This document shows positions 32,755 through 36,310 of a stretch of DNA of 36,310 nucleotides, piece by piece. Position 1 is the stretch's first letter. Each line of letters begins with the position of its first letter. The stretch lies in assembly GCA_049999805.1 (NCBI GenBank), contig JBNGIO010006317.1, positions 1 to 36,310 on the forward strand, written 5' to 3'. A program made the position numbers and the translations under genes. This stretch comes from Folioceros fuciformis (taxonomy: Eukaryota). The notes beneath the pieces were generated by a model, which ran no database searches, was not told the DNA's origin, and saw nothing but the letters and a program-made list of their open reading frames with translations.

Positions 32755-35071
32755 ATGTACGGAGAGGACTGGGAGCTTCGGCTCTCCATGGAACGGGAGG
32801 GCGCGTCAGTGTTCACGATCAACACAAGCTGGATTCCCAAATGTGTCAAGAAGAACGGCTCGTGCTCGGAGCCTGTGCTCATGAGGCAGTATGCTGTGCG
32901 GGAGATTAATGTTCTTCTCTGGGCTGGCTTTTTCTTCGTGATGTGGGTTCTGAGCAGGAGGCTGGTGAGCTTGGGGCTGCTGTGGATTAAGGCGAGCCGG
33001 CTGCCAGGGCCCCCGCCTTCGCACTTCGCTAAGCTCGCAAACTGCGAGAACCTTACCGGTACTGGGCCTTGTGAAGAGTCGTTGAATCGTTGAGTGTGCG
33101 TGGTTGAAGCTGGTGCGTGACAGGCCCGCCTTGGTTTGCAGAGTACTTTCGGGGCTTGCATCAGGCTTATGGTCCTATTGTGAGGGTGTGGCTTGGGCCT
33201 TCTCGGGCGCTTGTGTCGATCAAGGATCGGAATCTAGCTGAGGAGATGCTGTTCCGGGCCAAGGACCGAGAACGAAAAATTTGCAAAGCGGTGGAGCATG
33301 CTTTTGGGAAAGGAAGTCTTTGCACAGCTTCGTATTCTCAGGTTTGTTGAGCATTAATTTTGCCTTCGTGGAATGATTTGGTGGATTTTCTCTCATCGAA
33401 GTGTGTTGCTTGCGGCAGGTCAAGCAGAAGCGTTTCTACTTGTATGAGCACCTAACGGGAAAGCTTGTAGAATCCCTGCATCCCATTTCTGTGAAGGTTG
33501 CCTTACAGGTTAAGGCTTGGGCCCAGCCTGGGAAGGATGGATGGGCAGTGGACAGCAAAAGGGCCGCACAGCACATGGCATTTGCTTCGTTATGTGTGTT
33601 TCTCTTCGGTGAGAGCTTCTTGGTCTGGCCTGGCGCACAGGAGTTTGAAAGCGTTATGATGGAGACCTCATCCCAGACATGCCTCTGGGCCAAGTATAAT
33701 GTCGTGGTGCCTTTCTGGAGCAGAGAGTACTGGAAGTATAGGAAGATGTGTAGGAGGTTACAAGCCTTAGCAGAAGACATCTTGGGTTTCAGAAGGCAGC
33801 AAAGAATGGAGAGGAAGGGAGACGTGAGTCAACAGGTTTGTTACCTGGATGAAGTAGACGCTATCATTGCGTCGGGTGGAGACAGAAATGTTCCTTTCAT
33901 CGAGGACTTAGTTCGTGGCACTGATAGCCGTAGTGTTTGCGTCATTCCTCCTGATGAAGTGAGAGGACATGTCATGGCTGTCCTATACCATGGCCTGAGG
34001 ACCGTTGGAACCGTCATGAATGGCTTTCTGATAAGACTTGCGCATGAGCCTGACGTCCAAGCTAAGGTCCACATTGCACCCACTTCTTGTTATGAGTGGT
34101 GTGTAGTGCCGGCCTCCAAGGTATCTGTGGGTTAAAACACTCTTCTGTCGTTGTCAATATAGGTCTATGCAGAGATTGAGGAGATTTGCAAAGAGAACAT
34201 TCCCACTGCAGCGAATATCAGGGAGATGCATTACTTGAAGGCTGCACTATATGAGTCTTCTCGGCTTACCCCCGGCGGGCCTGTGGTGGCCAGGTGTTCA
34301 CTGGACCGTGGTGAGTACAATTCGTTTGGTACTGCTATGTTAGTATATTACGGTGTGAGTTTCTGTATCGTTCAGCTGTCCACAAGTGTAAGCTTTCACG
34401 CAGATTTGCATCTAGGGAACACCGTTTTGCCAGCGGGAGTTCTTTTGTCTGTTCCAGTTGAAGTGCTCCAGACAGACATCCAAGAATGTGGTCAGGATGC
34501 AAGTGAATTTCGTCCTGAGAGGTTCCTCTCATTGCCTGCCGTCCAGAGTTCCGGCCAGTCAAAATCTGGTTCAGGGTTGACTGTCCTTCCTAACGAGAAC
34601 CGGGGTTTGGGGTCAGGTGGGTGTTTTGGCTTTCACAACTTGGCACGGTGTGGTTACACCATTGCATTTCTACTGTTGGATGCTGCATTGGGTACCATGG
34701 CTCTGAGAGTGTACTGGTATGGAAAGTAATGTTGTAATGAGTGTCCTGGATGCAGACAGGCCAGCGTTCCAGAAACCTGGCTCAAGTGTTTTATACATGA
34801 CCTATGGCTCGGGTCCAAGATGTTGTGTTGGCCAGAACGCTGCAACACAGCAGATGATGACACTTGTGTCCTGCATTTTACAGCTGTTTACGGTAAGGAG
34901 TGGTTTGGTGTTATTGCACTTTCTTTTTCCTGCCTCTCTGTTTCCGTAGGTAAGGATTGTGAGGCATTGGTCTGAAAACTGCAGGTGCAACCTGGAAATG
35001 ACGTTGAACAAAAGCTCACGTCAAGATCTAACTTGACGCCCTCAAGCCTTTTGCTCATTCCACGCGAATGA
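32755..35071 (+). CDS. Cytochrome P450, atypical, CYP727-like, 7 exons
   Basis: Exons 32755-33058, 33142-33341, 33419-34066, 34163-34310, 34404-34616, 34756-34892, 34985-35071. Features: membrane anchor (REINVLLW...), LPGPP hinge, YGPIVRVWLGP, ExxR (ESSR), FRPERF and heme motif YGSGPRCCVG. The P450 call is secure. The CYP727 clan assignment is from remembered similarity. The start could instead be ATG 32788. Confidence 0.88.
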
Positions 35072-36310
35072 TTCGGGACCCGTGGAACAGGGTTTTTTCT
35101 CTGGTTTATCATGAACATGCGTTTTTGTAAGTGGAGCCTGAAGGTGGGCTGGCACTGGGGATTTTTTTGACGCTGAGAAGTGTCTTTTTGCCTGAGCACG
35201 ATGGATGCTCAAGTTTTTCCTCTGAACAGGGTCTGACTGGGAAGGACCGATCAGAGTTGTGGGGATCTAGTGAGGGAAGTGGTACCTATGTCCTTTTGGT
35301 CTTTCAAGTGGGAGGTACTGACGGTTGATGATGGTAAAAGACCTACTTGTTGGCCTAAAATATGAGGTGGCAACCTTGATGGTTGGACCTATCTTGTTGT
35401 AAAATCATGTTTCGTCCATGATGCTGGATGCTGAATGTTATTTGGAAATCAGTCAATCCTTCAAGGGTGCAAAGGAGTGACAACCGCCATACTGTTTTCG
35501 GGGTGCTATTCCGGACGGAAAGGCCTTGTGACATTTGTATGAAGTACTTATCCGTCAGTGGAGTAAAAGAAAGCATTCCATGTCCTACATTGTGATCATC
35601 CCTTGTTATGGTTAGCCATCTCCATGTGACCTGATCTCATAAACGGGGATCGTAGGGTGCTGGAGGTGGACACAGGAGTCTTGGGAAATCTTCACGGTAG
35701 TGGAGGTTTCCTCTAAATTTTCAGGAATAATGGAACACGATCCTTCAACCAGAGGATGCAAACTTGAACGGATCAGGTTGCCCAAAAAATCCACTCCTGG
35801 TCGACGAACTGTCTCATTCACGTCCGGCTTGTGCTCAGCCTGTTTTTCTGGGGTCCCAAACATGCCTGACAATCGCCAGTTTCCTCAGCTTCGCTTGCTG
35901 ATCACCAAGTGTACAACCCTAATGTGCCCACTTTATAGCCCGTGTTCAGAACAAGCCGACAACACATAAAAGGAAGGTATTCAGAACGAGCCAACAGCTG
36001 GCCAGCCCTCATCCGCACCACATATAGGATTAGGGCTGGCTCCACCTGCGACATCTATTGTGAAAATAGGCAGACATTGCTTCAAGTCGCTGGTATGATC
36101 AGCCTCGGCTTGCTGAGTGCTCAGAACTTAGCAACCCTAATCACTCCCGATAGGACTCCGGCTAATTTCTCTAATGAGACTACCACGATCGACTCAAACA
36201 TCCGACAAGAAGCAAGGATGCGCATTCACATTTCAATTTCTCTGGCTGCCGTTGAGACAACCACCACAATTCCACTACAAAAAGGCTAATGACGCCAGAG
36301 TCATCAGGCT

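Noticed and set aside
35355..36310. Short ORFs at the right end (35612..35872 -, 35942..36289 +)
   Set aside because: No recognisable domain or consistent splice model. It may be the UTR or last exon of a gene outside the window, but this cannot be supported.

Overview
This is eukaryotic land-plant nuclear DNA, not prokaryotic. It is gene-dense, with short (mostly ~80-150 bp) GT-AG introns. That compactness resembles a bryophyte such as a hornwort, but this is an inference. Nine protein-coding loci can be reconstructed by hand: (1) a homogentisate phytyltransferase (HPT/VTE2-like, minus strand, running off the left edge), missing from the ORF track and intronless over the visible part; (2) a 13-exon SPT6/SPT6L with a C-terminal GW/WG AGO-hook; (3) an intronless GC-rich homocysteine S-methyltransferase; (4) an 8-exon TLC-domain membrane protein; (5) MAP kinase phosphatase 1 (two 100-N gaps); (6) an 11-exon importin alpha of the IMPA-9 type; (7) an orphan Ser/Pro-rich protein with an MGC lipidation-type N-terminus; (8) an intronless, probably plastid-targeted DUF179/AlgH protein; and (9) a 7-exon atypical cytochrome P450 resembling the CYP727 clan. 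Intergenic DNA holds a frameshifted PLS-PPR remnant, a possible F-box remnant, two repeat-rich putative TE-derived islands, and a G-quadruplex/hairpin motif upstream of MKP1. I found no convincing new multi-gene system. The best leads are the intronless copies of normally intron-rich genes, the P450 with a non-canonical I-helix, and the orphan lipidated protein.
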